This document shows, piece by piece, positions 12,131 to 25,036 of a stretch of 64,000 nucleotides of DNA. Position 1 is the stretch's first letter; the number at the start of each line of letters is the position of its first letter. The notes beneath the pieces were generated by a model that saw only the letters and a program-made list of their open reading frames with translations, made no database searches and was not told the DNA's origin. The stretch is from Macrostomum hystrix (Eukaryota > Animalia > Platyhelminthes). The stretch spans positions 3,100,001-3,164,000 of the forward strand of contig CATNEN010000030.1 in the NCBI GenBank assembly GCA_950097015.1, in the 5' to 3' direction. Position numbers and translations under genes: made by a program.

Positions 12131-15076
12131 ACAGTCGTGTCTTACGAGTTTATTTTGAAAGCTTATTTAACAGAAATATTGCGAATTGTCTAACAGTCGT
12201 GTTGTAAGCTGTCTGTAGTTTTTGACTGTAGTTTAATGTAGTACAGACAATGAATTGACTGTAGTTTTTTTACCAGCTTTCTAACACTAATAAATATGGA
12301 AAAGCATATTAAAACGAATTGATCTACACCCAGTGAGTTTTGACATACGCATGCCAGTAAGTGCTCAATGATAAACCATTACCAAGAGTACAATGCTGCA
12401 GACAAACAGTATTTTATATCGCCTCAAATATTTATAGAAATAGGCATGTAAAATACTGGGCCTGCGGTCGACTGTGTGACAGCCGAGGGTGACAATTGCT
12501 CTTTTTTGCCTTTGCTCTCGTCACACAACTGAAAACAGGGCTGTGACCAGCCAAGCCGTGAGTTCAACGCCACCCCAACTAATCAAAGTCGTAGAGAGGT
12601 TTGGTCAATTCATTTCCTAGTCAACTTCCCTTCAATCCCTCATTCTAGCTCAGTCTAGAGCCCAGCCTAATTCTCACTAGGCCCGCATGCTCACCTCATT
12701 GAATTATTCATTTCGCGGTCTGAAGGCCCACTAAAAAAAACGTTTGGGAAAAATGGTCCTTAATTGCTGCTGCTGCTGCCGCTGCCAGGGTCCCCAGCCA
12801 GCCAGTCAGATAGCATTTACCCTAGAACTCTGTATTGCGGTGCTCTGCAGTCCTTGAATAATTAGTGCCAAATCAAAATATGGTGGGTACTGGGCCAGTG
12901 ACTCTGGCTAAGGGCCCCAGGGTGGGTTGGTAAAATGGCCCAGCCTCTTCAGATATCATTACAAGACAGCACCCATTAATTGCATTTTAATGCCTATTTA
13001 AATATCATAAGGTGGAACACTCTTTCACCATAGAGCACTTGGATCCATAGATCCAAATTTGTACTTAGTAGAATATTTATATTATTATATCAATCAGTAA
13101 ATAATTTTTTCCAAGATTGTTTAAACTAAATACACAACCATCTCTATAATCAATAACAATTTACACTAACTTAACCATCATGCATTGACTAATAGCTTAC
13201 TTTCTCAGTTCTGAGCATATATTGCAATAAAAAACACTTTTAAAACAGGCACCTGATAGAGGTTAAGAAAACTATACCTGAATTTCATAAATTAAACTAG
13301 GACCTTTTTAATAAAGTTTTCTTTATTTTCCCTAACAACACATACCAATACAGTTCCCTAAGACAGTTGGCTGCATTTGAAGTGTGTATAAAATGTTTTA
13401 TTATTCAATTCTGAAATAATTTACATCTACTATGTATTTTGAAGTGCATTTATACAATATACTTCCTATTTTGCTTTCTAACTAAGCTTTCTTATTATAG
13501 TTTCAAATGGCTATTTCTACTTTCTTTCTAAAAAACTGTATGAAGAAAGACAATAATAAAATGTCTATTTATAAAGCTTTGAATTACTTTGAAGTCATTC
13601 AAAGATTTCAAAGATTTCAAAAACTCATAATTTGCTACAGTGTGGTAAATAGCAAACATTTTTGGAATATATTATAGAACTAATCGATATAGTTATATCT
13701 TGTGGAGCACATCAAGCGAGTTTTGTTTACTTGTTTGTATGAAAAGTCTTTCACTTTTAACTTCTTTTCAGCTCCTAATACTTATATCCACTAAAAAACC
13801 ACAATCGGTAAAAGTATATTCTGGGTGGCATGAATAAAATAATTGACTTACAATTATGTCAAGGAAGACGCTCTATCACGATCGTATCAGCAGTCTTTCA
13901 GTCTGTATTTGGAATTCGATCGTTCTTTGTTCTGACTTGAACATATATAATTATTATATTAGATATTTGTACACATTTTCTGCATTACTCATTCATTCCA
14001 AATGAGTTACTAATTATTCTCTGTTGCGCTATGAAAACTCGATAGGTTCGTAGAAAGAGTATACATTAATATCGCGCAGATCAGCCGATTAAACAAAGCA
14101 AAAAGCTGTGAAACAAACAATTGCCTCTATGCCCGAAGTATTTGTGCTTTATTTGGCTTTTGCGTTGAAAAATGCTTTGGAATTAATTAATTATAACTTA
14201 GAAGCTCCATTCACAAATTTGTCACCTTCACATTACGAAAGCTCGCATTGTCTAGCTCTGGCCGTTGCAGTTGACGAACACTGCACGTTGCTGCCGGTCA
14301 ATACTCGATAGTATCCTATTTTAGCGGGACGGGGTGTCATCAGTGCCTTAAGGCCTTTTTGCTTCCTCTCTAGACAGCTTTTTAAATTAAGGATCATTTG
14401 TCATTCTTACATATGCTGTCAATCAATCTACACAATACTCAATAAGTTTCTAGTAGATCATTCCTGATAAAGCCATTCATTTATCGTATAGGAGTGCCCC
14501 TCGTAACCCGAAAAGCCACTCCTAACTGTAACGTAAACGAAAGGTCTATAAATTAGATTGATAAAAATAATAAATAGCACGTTAAAATGAAGCTTCATTC
14601 CTCATAACAAACGCATGCAATGTCGTCTTGAAATTCATTGATATTTTTTTATTGTTTACTTTAACGTTTGCTATTCGAAACAGTATATTGTTTTCGTCTT
14701 CGATTAGTTTAGAGTTTAAAGTACAACTAATATAGAGACTCATTTATTTTATTGACAATGTTTAAATACTTTTTGAAGTAAAGTGTAGAAATATTACACG
14801 TATAGCAATAGCAAGACTAAAATACTTATTTTAAGTACACTATGCTCTGTAAAAATCTATATGAAACGAAATCGGAAACTTACTTTATCCTACTTTTGTA
14901 TAAAATTTGAATGCGTTCAAAAATTATCTCCTGCTGGGGAGTAAAATACAGCCGCATTATTGGCTGTCAGAACGTACTAGCTGTATACCAACGTTACTGG
15001 TACAAAGTGCATGTACTGTTAAACGAGATACGTGTACAACACTATCTGCTAAGGTGATGCGAATCCCGTTTTAAAT

Positions 15077-16633
15077 TCAAGTCATAGACTTCGTCACCCA
15101 TCGCCTAATCGGAATGTGAGTATACTGATGCTCCTCGTTCCACGCTTCATCATTCTTATAGATTTTGCAGAGCAGCGAGATGAACAATGCGTTGAGCAGG
15201 ACTGATATGGCTAGAAAAACGCCGAATAGAATGGCCACAATGTTTGGCGCAAAGCTTGGACCTTTAACGTGTACAACGTGTAGCTTGACAGACTTAACAA
15301 CTACTTTACCTGTTGGCAAGTGCACGGAGCACGACACACTGTAGTCGCCTAGCAACGCATCGGATGCGACTTCTAGAAGGCCGAGCCTGTCCACCAGATG
15401 TTCGCGCGAAGCTTGAGGCACGCTCCAGTTGGTGAAAGGAGCTGGATTGCTGGCCCCATGGCAGGTCAGGTACTGGCCACGAGACAGTGTAGCTTCCAGT
15501 AGACTGCCTGCGGTATCTAAGATCGTTAGGGTTAAAGATTAAGCAGGATCAAGAACCTCCAATAGTCGTCTAAAAATGCTTTGAACAAATTAATAATAAA
15601 AAGAATAATCTACTACACCTGCCCCGATTGCGCGGCGCATCTGAGGGCTGCGTACAGCTTCTCATTGCACGGACTGGGGAGATACCCATTCAACAGCTGG
15701 GTGAACTAAAGCAACGCATTGTTAAATGTCTTGCTAAAGGACACAAATTGTTCAAATGGAGTCGGGAATCGAACCCCCGACCTTCAAGACGTGAGTCAGA
15801 CCCCCTTACGCAGCGGGCTCGAGATCGGCCTGTACTGTTTGAATTCAACGCGAGCCCAATAAAAGTACAAACTCACCAGCCAGCGACTCCCCGATGATGA
15901 CGTCTTCGCTGATGTAGCGCACGCTGATTCTGACGCTGTCCTGCTGTGAGCCGAAGACATTGCGGGACACGCACGTGACCAAAGCACCATCCAGCACCGG
16001 ATCCGCAGTCAGCTCATAGGTGTATACCAGCGTCTGGTCCTCGTCTTTCGAAGTCACGTGACCGAGTATTGAGATGCCGGAGACGTACACAACGAGCTCA
16101 ACGCTGGGATTTGCGGTCCGACCTGTGCAGCGGATCACGAATGGCTCCTTATCTGCCAGCCAGTCAGTCTGACGGCCCCGGCTGAGCAGCTGCACCGTCG
16201 GTGGCTCTGGCGGCAGGCCGACGATAAGCTGGCGCTCCCCGGCTACGGCTGTTGCGTTGCCCCGGAAGAAGCGAGCTCGGCAGGACAGCACGCCGGAGTC
16301 TGCTGGCCGGGCCATCAGCCGGATTGTAGCGAAATGTGGCGACAGGCTGGTCACAATGTCCGGCCGGCCGGACCAGCTATTCAGCAGTTCACGACGCTCT
16401 CCTGCCATAGAAGATTCGTCTCTAAACAATATGGCCATCGGCCGGCCGTTCAAACCGATTGTGACCTCGGCCAAGATCTCTGACTGCGGGCCGTGGCACA
16501 TGACGGTGAGGCGCGAATTCTCCATTACTGGCCCAGCTGGCATTGTTTCGAGTTGGACTCCGAGCCAGTTGGCATCGACTGTAACAGTCAGCAGCAGCAG
16601 CAGCAGTGGCAGCAGGCGCAGATTCTGCTGCAT
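15077..16633 (-). CDS. Type I membrane protein with three Ig-like domains (398 aa)
   Basis: Exons 16633-15877 and 15516-15077 (donor G|GTGAGT, acceptor CTTAG|; phase 1; 1197 nt in frame). Signal peptide MQQNLRLLPLLLLLLTVTVDA; Ig cysteine pairs LTVMC..DSGVLSC, FVIRC..GALVTC and YLTC..DYSVSC; TM IVAILFGVFLAISVLLNALFISLLC; short tail containing YTHI. Confidence 0.85.
15590..15820 (-). mobile_element. SINE family 1 in the Ig-gene intron (internally deleted)
   Basis: Shares TACACCTGCCCC, GTGTCTTGCTAAAGGAC and GGGAATCGAACCCCCGACC with the other copies. Confidence 0.85.
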
Positions 16634-17451
16634 TTTTGCTGGTCAAGCTTCTCTTAGTTTTCTTTATTCATCAGAAACGCAGTTTTATTAAGAATAGCCC
16701 TGGCGGGCAGGCTAGATTTAACAGATTAGTTCGTCCCAGAGAGCCAATTGGGCTCGGTGCGTGTATTTTTGAAGGGTGGGGTCTGGCCGGTGCGGCCAAG
16801 TCACTGTGTACATCAATGTACATCTTGTCAATTAGGTTCTGTGTATACCCTGGTCTAGATGGTATGCACGAGAGAAGGCTGAAAAAGTTTGAAATGTATG
16901 CTTGAACAGCGTACTGACATTTCTGTGCCAATGTATGCCTTCTCATATATGTATTTATTGATGAAGTACACAATAATTTGTATCATACATCAGATAAATT
17001 TATTGACAAATAAACACTCACACAATACTCTTCCCACTAAGGAGCGGGTAATAACTCTATGAAAGCTGAAGCAAATAAAAGTGCAAAGCCATTGTGCAAC
17101 ATGTTTAAATAAAATTACAACTGACTGCAATGATGTAATCAAAGCTTTACCAAAGCATCATGATTAAATACGACAATTATTCATAATAAAATAACATTTA
17201 AAGTCTTTTATATAGTACTTAGCAAGCCCTAGTCAGTAGTCTCGTAAGTAAATCGTCATAACATATGATTAATACAGTCCGTTGTCTTTAAATGCAGCTA
17301 AGTGATGTGACAGACGGTAGTAAGTTAGCCCTAAACTACGAGCGTAATTTTTTGGGCAAGAATTAAGTTATTAGTTGCGAATATTAACAGAAAGTCAAAC
17401 CACTCACTGACGGCCCAACCGCTGAGGTTTTAAGAAATGTGTATTACAGGG

Positions 17452-18062
17452 GAGACAGGGGAGAGATGAGACAGGGGAGAGATGAGACAGGGGAGAGATG
17501 AGACAGGGGAGAGATGAGACACGGGAGAGATTAGACAGGGGAGAGATGAGACACGGGAGAGATGAGACAGGGGAGAGATGAGACAGGGGAGAGATGAGAC
17601 ACGGGAGAGATGAGACAGGGGAGAGATGAGACACGGGAGAGATTAGACAGGGGAGAGATGAGACACGGTAGAGATTAGACAGGGGGAGAGATGAGACACG
17701 GGAGAGATTAGACAGGGGAGAGATGAGACACGGGAGAGTTGAGACTGGGGAGAGATGAGACAGGGGAGAGATGAGACAGGGGAGAGATGAGACACAGGAA
17801 ATATGATATAGTGGAGAGAGATGAGACATGGAAGAGATGCGAGATTAGACAGGCGACAGATGAGAAAGATTAGACAGGGAAGAGATGAGACAGGGGAGAG
17901 ATGAGACACGGGAGAGATGAGACAGGGAAGAGATGAGAGAGATTAGACAGGGAAGAGATGAGACGGGTGAGATGAGACTCGGCAGAGATGAGACGGGGGA
18001 GAGATGAGACAGGGGAGGGAGGAGACAGTAGAGAGATGAGGCACGGCAGAGATGAGACAGAC
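17452..18062. repeat. About 16-bp purine-rich minisatellite (GAGATGAGACAGGGGA)n
   Basis: Direct tandem units with variants. Confidence 0.95.
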
Positions 18063-18300
18063 ATTAGCCAGGGTGAGATAGGGTGGATGGGGCCAGCCTC
18101 GAAGTAGCTTCAAAGGCCCCACCTGGCCTACGGGCCGAAAAATCGCACAGAAAGCTTTCGGAAAGACATTGCACTATTTTGCCCTCCGATGTTTTTTTGA
18201 ATTGCCACAGAGCTATGCTTTAGGCTCGAGTGCGAGATGCAGTACAATAATGACGAGTCTGAAAGATCAGGAAATCACAGGCAGGTGATTAAATCACCTC

Positions 18301-21300
18301 TCAGGTGCCAGTGAACAGCGACACGAGCTTATTAGGCCGCAGCCTGGCTGTTAGCTGCGACATTCGGCGCCGCACCGGAGCTGTTGAACTGCCCGACGAT
18401 GCGGACGATGCTGATGACGCAGACGACGACGATGTAGAAGCATTGACGTCACTGGAGCCAGCGTTGACAGTGTTCGCATTCGCGGCAACTGTGTCAGCTT
18501 CGTGGGCCCTTCTGGTCAGGTCCTCGATCTCAACGAGCATGGCGTCCTGCTCCATGTGCAGGTCGTCTCGCTCCATCAGGCAGCGGACCAGCTCGTTGTT
18601 GTGGTCTGAGGGTGGCCACAGGGGTCGGCGGTGTGGGATGGCTGGGTGGGTTGTTGTGGGGGGTGGTGTGTGGGGTGGTGTGTGGGGTGGTCTTCACCTT
18701 CAATCCTGGCCAGCAGGCTGTTGTGCGCCAGCTGCAGGGCTCCCAGGCTCATCCTGTTGAGGCAGGAGGCGCCCAGCCGTCGCGACGGAGCCACGCCGAG
18801 CAGCTGGGCCAGGGCGTCGCGGCAGCGCCTGTCTCTGTCGTGGCGCTCCAACTCCAGCTGCATGCGCGCCATCGGCTCCGCCTGCGCCAGCGCCACGCGG
18901 GCCTCGGCCTGCAGCTGGACCTGCCGACGCATCAGGCTGCACCCGTTGACGTCCTCGACGATGGCTGCAGCGGAGGCACCGACGGCGACTTCGCCGTTGA
19001 CGGAGTCGAGATTGTCGCAGGACGCTAGGCCGAGACTGGCCAGGAGCTCCGGCTCCAGCGGCCGACGACTCGGACGGACGACAACCTCCGGCTGCGGCTT
19101 CGAAGGCGGTGGAGACGGCGCCGGCGAGTTCTCTGAGTCGGGTCTCGACTATAATAATAATAGTAATAATAACAATAATTGACTACACCTGCCCCGATTG
19201 GGCCAGATGTGCAGCTGACAGCACAGCCACAGCTATTCCGCGGTGCATCTGAAGGCTGCCTGTGTACAGCTGTTCAGTCCATGGACTGGGTGGACGCCAC
19301 ACCCACCTTCAATTACCCCAGCTAATGCTGGTACCCTTTTAACATCTGAGTGAACTGAAGCAATGCAAAGTTAAGTGTCTTGCTACCGGCCGCAAATTGT
19401 TTTAGTGAAGTCTGGAATCGAATCCACGACCTTCGGGAAATAATTTTTCTTTAGCTACAAAGGAGAGGGTCAAGTAGCGAGTCAGGTGGGTTTTCGGAAA
19501 TTATCGACGCGTGGCAAAAAAGAGAGACTGAAGAAGGACTTGCATGGGGAGGTCGAGGAGAAAATTTGGCAATCCAGCTAAGGAGGAAGGAACCCAGACG
19601 TCACTGACTGCTGTATCGCCTCAAAAAGAAATGTGCAACTTTCAAGTTTAAGCTGCCCTCCCACCCCCATCGCGTGCTGGCGAGGACTTTGAGATGAAGA
19701 GAATGAATCTGGGTGAGGCGGGGGAGTAGGGAAGGAGTAAGTGGGATTCCCATCAAATAGTCACTCTGACTTTGAGAGTGTGCGCGTGTGATAGGGAAAG
19801 CGAGCGGGTCAAAAACCTGATCCCACTGTCAGTCTTGTCTCACGGTCACTGAGGAACTGCGCTCGCATTGATCGATGAGGCTTGAAGCAGCTGTGCAGCT
19901 AGTTAGATGTCTGTAGACAGTCCGCGGACTGGGGTGTAAGCCACACGAACCAAAATTTCTACCCTAGCGCTGATGCTGGCACCCATTTTACAGCTGGGTG
20001 AACGCAGTAACTTATACGCAGAAACTCAAAACTTACTAACCTCTTCGGATGTTGAGCCGGTGGTTGCTATGGCAACGGTTGCTACGGCAGCTACGGAAGC
20101 ATCGTCTTCGTCGCTAGAGGCCGGATCGCTGATGAAACAGAGCTGCATCGGGCGGGTCAGCTGATGGGGAAAAGCTCTCTTTGTTTTTAATCAAATTGAG
20201 GGCTTCGGAGACGGGGAATTATTTTCTATTTTCGGGATTTCGACTTGTCTGCGAGTCCCGTTGAAAGTTCAAGGCGGAGAAGCACTTCCTATTAATTAGC
20301 CGGGTTGTTAAATAGCGTAATTAAATAGACTTATAGCTTGTAGGAGACAGCGGATATACAGATAGGAGATGATAGAAAAGGAATTAGTAAAATGGGTTGG
20401 TCGGTAAGTCGGTACAATTCGAGAGTGTTCTCAAGCATTCTACTCACTTCATTAACCGCACTAGGCACAAAATTCTTCGGCGGTCTTCGGAATCTTTGCC
20501 ACTGCAGCTGCCGCCCAGTCGGCCCGTTCCAGTCGTCGGGCGCTTCTGCTACTTCTTCCTCATCTTCGGAAGCTGCATCGTTGCGGAAGCACAGTTCCAT
20601 TGCAGGCAGGCAGCAGTCGCCGACGCCGCTGCCGCCGCCGCAGCCACCCCAACCCGGGGGCGCGCTGGTGAAAGATTCTCCGTCACAGCCGGACTCCAGA
20701 CCCAGCTGATTTTCGTCCTCCAAGTAGCAACTGCTCAAAGCTCTGAGCACTCGCTCTCGCTCAGTCTGTTCGAAGCGGTGAGTCCGGTTCTGCCGCCTCT
20801 GCTGCTGGCAATGATGACGGAGAGGAGGCTGCTGTTAAGGCGGGAACTATTTTTTTTCTCGACATCAGCCAGATCCCAGTCTCACCTGGGGATCAGCATG
20901 GGGGAGCCCTATTCATTTTCCTCCTTCGATTCCGCCAGGCCGGCCCTCTAATTGCCAGCCTCCGCGCCTCATCCTATCCCGTCCGTTGCTTCCCCTTTTC
21001 TCCTCTTCCTCATTCCCGCCCACTTCTCACCGCCTCACCAGGCGGGTATCGAATCCCCACGCGGCTGTGTAGGCAGTTACGACTCGACTCGCCGAGATAA
21101 TGACGGTTCTGTCTGACTCGCGAACCCCTCAACGGCCACACATCCGAACTGCACGGCCACCCAACCCCAATGCGACCCAGATTCTTCCTTGGCCACAGAC
21201 AGACAATCATGAACACACGAAACGACATTTTCGCTCGCCTTTTTAGACAGGCTAAGCCAAAATGTAGTAGCGACTGGAAAAAAAATAACACTAGGCGGTC

Positions 21301-24300
21301 ATGTGTCACTTTAATTGACTTTTCAAGTTCAGAACCAGCTCTTTGCTCCCTGAGCTCGAAACCGCGGCGAGGCCACATTCATTTGAGTCGAGGCAGATGT
21401 GTACACAATGTATGTGTGGCTCAGGAGTCAGCGAAATGCGCTGAGTTGCCTCCTCGCTGTCTGCGGGTCTAGTGTCACCAAAACGCTCACAAAATCACCA
21501 AATTGATTACACCTGCCCCAATTGGGCCCGATGTGCAGCCGACAGCAAAGCCGCAGCTAATGCGCGGCACATCTGAAGACTGCGTACAGCTGTTCAGTCC
21601 ATGGACTGGGGAGACGCCACACCCACCTTCAAATATGTAGAATACTGAAATAATTTAGAATTAAGTGTCTTGCTACGGGAATCGTGGATTCGGGAATCGA
21701 ACCCCCGACCTTCAAGTCGTGAGTCCGACGCTCTAACCACAAGGCTACAACCTCTTCGTAAGACCGTCTCTTACTGCGAAGACTCGATGTGACAAAAAAA
21801 CTTATGAAATAGGATTTCATTTCAAGCTTGGTTCTCATCTCGTCATCTAATTAATCAAACGGTAATGAAAGACGCTATCAACAGCTTAGCAGACAAGTCC
21901 TCATTTTCATTTTGCTTTGTCTCATTTGCTAATGACATTGTTGATGAGGTCGGATAGTGAAAGGAAAATTTAGTTCCTCCACTGTATCTATTTATCTATC
22001 CATCTATCTATATATCTATCTATCTATCTACCTAGTAATGTTTATAAATTTCTGTCACTAGGCAGACTATAAAACAGTGATTATCTCTAGTGATTAAAAT
22101 ACTATATAAAAAACAAACGCTCGAAAAATTTTGTGTGATGTTAGCCAAGGCATGAGATCGGGTATTGATTCTGAGGCCAGAAACTCTGATGAATATCGAT
22201 CTGTTGAGTTCACCTAGCATTCTGCGTTCCCCTGTGTCAATCCCCTTGTTGAAAATTATTTTCTTTCGATGAAAGCAAAACTAAAACAATCAAAGGCATT
22301 GCTTCTCTGAAAATAACGTTGAATGCTACTACTTCCCATACATGAAACAGTAGCACTGCTTGAATTTTACTCTTCATTTTTGTATGACTACAAAATGGAA
22401 GAGTGTAGGCAGGGAGGGTAGGCAGGGAGAGTGTAGGCAGGGAGGGTAGGCAGGGGAGGGTAGGCAGGGAGGGTAGGCAGGGGAGGGTAGGCAGGGAGGG
22501 TAGGCAGGGAGAGGGTAGGCAGGGGGAGGGTAGGCTGGGAGGGTAGGCAGGGAGGGTAGGCAGGGAGGGTAGGCAGGAGTATGAAGCAGCACCTCTCACC
22601 TTATGTCTTTGCTGCTCCTCAGCCGCAGCGGTGGATTTCGCCAGCTCAGTCAGCCGATGCTCGAGTGCCCGCCACTGCGCCCGCTCTGAATCGGCTTCGG
22701 CTTCATTGGCCTCCGCCTCTGTCTCCCCCGCCTCCTCCGCGCCCAGCCCGATTCCAGTCTCCCATCGTCTGGCTGGCGGCCGCAGTCCCAGGCCGAGGCT
22801 GTCCTGGGTGTTAGAGGCGCGCATCTCGCTGAAACAGCTGCTGACACTGTTGGTCATGTAGCCGGAGGTTGTCAAGGTTGGCGCGGCCTGGGAATTCTCG
22901 TCCAGATCTTCGTCCTCCGCGGCGTCCACTGCATGGTCTTCCGGGGTCTGCTTAGGCCGGCTGTCAGGCTCTTGGAACTGTTGAAAACTTTGCCAAGCTG
23001 ACTGAATTCTGTAACATATGCAACAAAATGGGTAGATTGACTAGCTGCGAGGTAGGTAGACTACCTGGGAAGTAGCTAGGCTACCTGGGAAGTAGCTAGG
23101 CTACCTGGGAAGTAGCTAGGCTACCTGGGAAGTAGCTAGGCTACCTGGGAAGTAGCTAGGCTACCTGGGAAGTAGCTAGGCTACCTGGAAAGTAGCTAGG
23201 CTACCTGGAAAGTAGCTAGGCTACTTGGGAAGTAGCTAGGCTACTTGGGAAGTAACTAGGCTACTTGGGAAGTAACTAGGCTACCTGGGAAGTAGCTAGG
23301 CTACCTGGGAAGTAGCTAGGCTACCTGGGAAGTAGCTAGGCTACCTGGGAAGTAGCTAGGCTACCTGGGAAGTAGCTAGGCTACCTGGGAAGTAGCTAGG
23401 CTACATGGGAAGTAGCTAGGCTACCTGGGAAGTAGCTAGGCTACCTGGGAAGTAGCTAGGCTACCTGGGAAGTAGCTAGGCTACCTGGGAAGTAGCTAGG
23501 CTACCTGGGAAGTAGCTAGGCTACCTGGGAAGTAGCTAGGCTACCTGGGAAGTAGCTAGGCTACCTGGGAAGTAGCTAAGCTATCTAAGAAATGTTAGAC
23601 TTACCATGAAGCTTAGTAGGGTACATTAAAAAGTAAGTCAAGAAGTTTGAATTTGCTAACTTTGAATAGCCACTAGAATGCTTTCTACTTTTTCAGGATG
23701 TAGGCTTCTGCATAGAAGGGTTTAGTAGAGTTAAAATAGAATGTCTAAACATATTTAAACGCATTCCAATTATCCCCAATGTAATCTAAAGGTACCGTCA
23801 TACCAGTTCGGGCCAGCCATCAGTCTTTGGGGTCAGCTTAGCAGGGGGTTTAAGTGGGCGGAGCTGCTATAACCATTGATTGACAGGCTTTGACTGACTG
23901 CAGTAACTGGGCGACAAACGGACACTGGGACAAGAGCCCCCCAACATATATGGAAGCTAGCACCAGAAACTGGCCAGTGATTATTTATTCAGCACTGACC
24001 GCATATCTATCTCACCCTGCTTATCTTTCCTCAATCTGCTTTAATTATCTATATCTAGTCTCCTCAGTTTTTCAAGCATTATCTTCTAATTCATTCACCA
24101 ATTCAATTGGTGAGTGTTCTTCTTCCTGCCTACCCTCTCACTGGCTACCCTCTCACTGCCTACCCTCTCACTGCCTACCCTCTCACTGACTACCCTCTCA
24201 CTGCCTACCCTCTCAATGCCTACCCTCTCACTGCCTACCCTCTCACTGCCTACCCTCTCACTGGCTACCCTCTCACTGCCTACCCTCTCACTGCCTACCC

Positions 24301-25036
24301 TCTCACTGACTACCCTCTCACTGCCTACCCTCTCAATGCCTACCCTCTCACTGCCTACCCTCTCACTGCCTACCCTCTCACTGCCTACCCTCTCACTGCC
24401 TACCCTCTCACTGCCTACCCTCTCACTGACTACCCTCTCACTGCCTACCCTCTCACTGCCTACCCTCTCACTGACTACCCTCTCACTGCCTACCCTCTCA
24501 ATGCCTACCCTCTCACTGCCTACCCTCTCACTGCCTACCCTCTCACTGGCTACCCTCTCACTGCCTACCCTCTCACTGCCTACCCTCTCACTGACTACCC
24601 TCTCACTGCCTACCCTCTCAATGCCTACCCTCTCACTGCCTACCCTCTCACTGCCTACCCTCTCACTGCCTACCCTCTCAATGCCTACCATCTCACTGCT
24701 TACCCTCTCCTTGCCTACCCCCTCACTGCCTACCCTCTCACTGCCTACCCTCTCACTGCTTACCCTCTCCTTGCCTACCCCCTCACTGCCTACCCTCTCA
24801 CTGCCTACCCTCTCACTGCTTACCCTCTCCTTGCCTACCCCCTCACTGCCTACCCTCTCACTGCCTACCCTCTCACTGCTTACCCTCTCCTTGACTTCCC
24901 CATCGTCTCCCTGCCTACCCCATTGTCTCCCTGCCTACCCCAATGTATCCATCTCTCACCTCACGGCGGCCGCGTGCTGCTCTTGTCGACTTTCTGATCC
25001 CTCGGCAGCCTCCAGCGTCGCCTCAGTCTTCATCAT
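18301..25036 (-). CDS. SCHIP1: Schwannomin-interacting protein 1 homologue (about 569 aa)
   Basis: Exons 25036-24965, 22977-22600, 20831-20448, 20160-20041, 19148-18698 and 18605-18301, all GT-AG and in frame (first exon least certain). The C-terminus LQAEARVALAQAEPMARMQLELE...MSLGALQ...IEDHNNELVRCLMERDDLHMEQDAMLVEIEDL matches the SCHIP-1 coiled coil (human [23 protein letters not shown]...QDAMLVDIEDL). ERERVLRAL and M[EQ]LCF motifs lie upstream. Confidence 0.88.
19150..19432 (-). mobile_element. SINE family 1, 5'-truncated, tail abutting a SCHIP1 splice acceptor
   Basis: Family-1 body and B box; its (TTA)n tail runs into the acceptor AG at 19150-19149. Confidence 0.88.
19888..20010 (-). mobile_element. 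Diverged SINE family 1 fragment
   Basis: GGACTGGGG...CTGATGCTGGCACCCATTTTACAGCTGGGTGAAC; a similar fragment lies at about 11085-11135. Confidence 0.65.
21347..21483 (+). mobile_element. SINE family 2, deleted copy
   Basis: CCCTGAGCTCGAAACCGCGGCGAGGCCACATTCATTT and GGTCTAGTGTCACCAAA shared with 47352-47667. Confidence 0.75.
21500..21749 (-). mobile_element. SINE family 1
   Basis: A/B boxes and 3' body as in the other copies; central part replaced or deleted. Confidence 0.85.
21757..21785 (+). other. Spliced-leader-like fragment
   Basis: CGTAAGACCGTCTCTTACTGCGAAGACTC versus the Macrostomum SL as I recall it (CCGTAAAGACGGTCTCTTACTGCGAAGACTCAATTTATTGCATG): 28/30 identity including a 20-nt exact run; the terminal ATG/donor part is absent. 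Confidence 0.7.
22405..22578. repeat. 13-bp G-rich minisatellite (GGGAGGGTAGGCA)n
   Basis: Starts about 20 bp inside a SCHIP1 intron donor; G-quadruplex-prone. Confidence 0.92.
23060..23580. repeat. 20-bp minisatellite (CTACCTGGGAAGTAGCTAGG)n
   Basis: About 26 almost identical units with no spacers. Confidence 0.97.
24125..24900. repeat. 15-bp minisatellite (CTGCCTACCCTCTCA)n
   Basis: About 50 units; source of the AYPLT/LPTLS/ERVGS ORFs. Confidence 0.97.

Noticed and set aside
13848-13935. Exon-like segment on the minus strand with a GTAAGT donor
   Set aside because: Stops in all three frames; a possible UTR or lncRNA exon but unsupported.
16257-20951. Plus-strand ORFs overlapping the Ig and SCHIP1 exons
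   Set aside because: Antisense shadows of GC-rich coding exons.
20886-21140. Extra SCHIP1 coding exon ending at the donor-like CCCCAG|GTGAGA (20886)
   Set aside because: All three frames contain stops shortly before the donor; at most a non-coding alternative exon.
23060-23580. CRISPR-like appearance of regular short repeats (also 46075, 53401, 54330)
   Set aside because: Units are contiguous with no unique spacers, there are no cas genes, and the context is eukaryotic.
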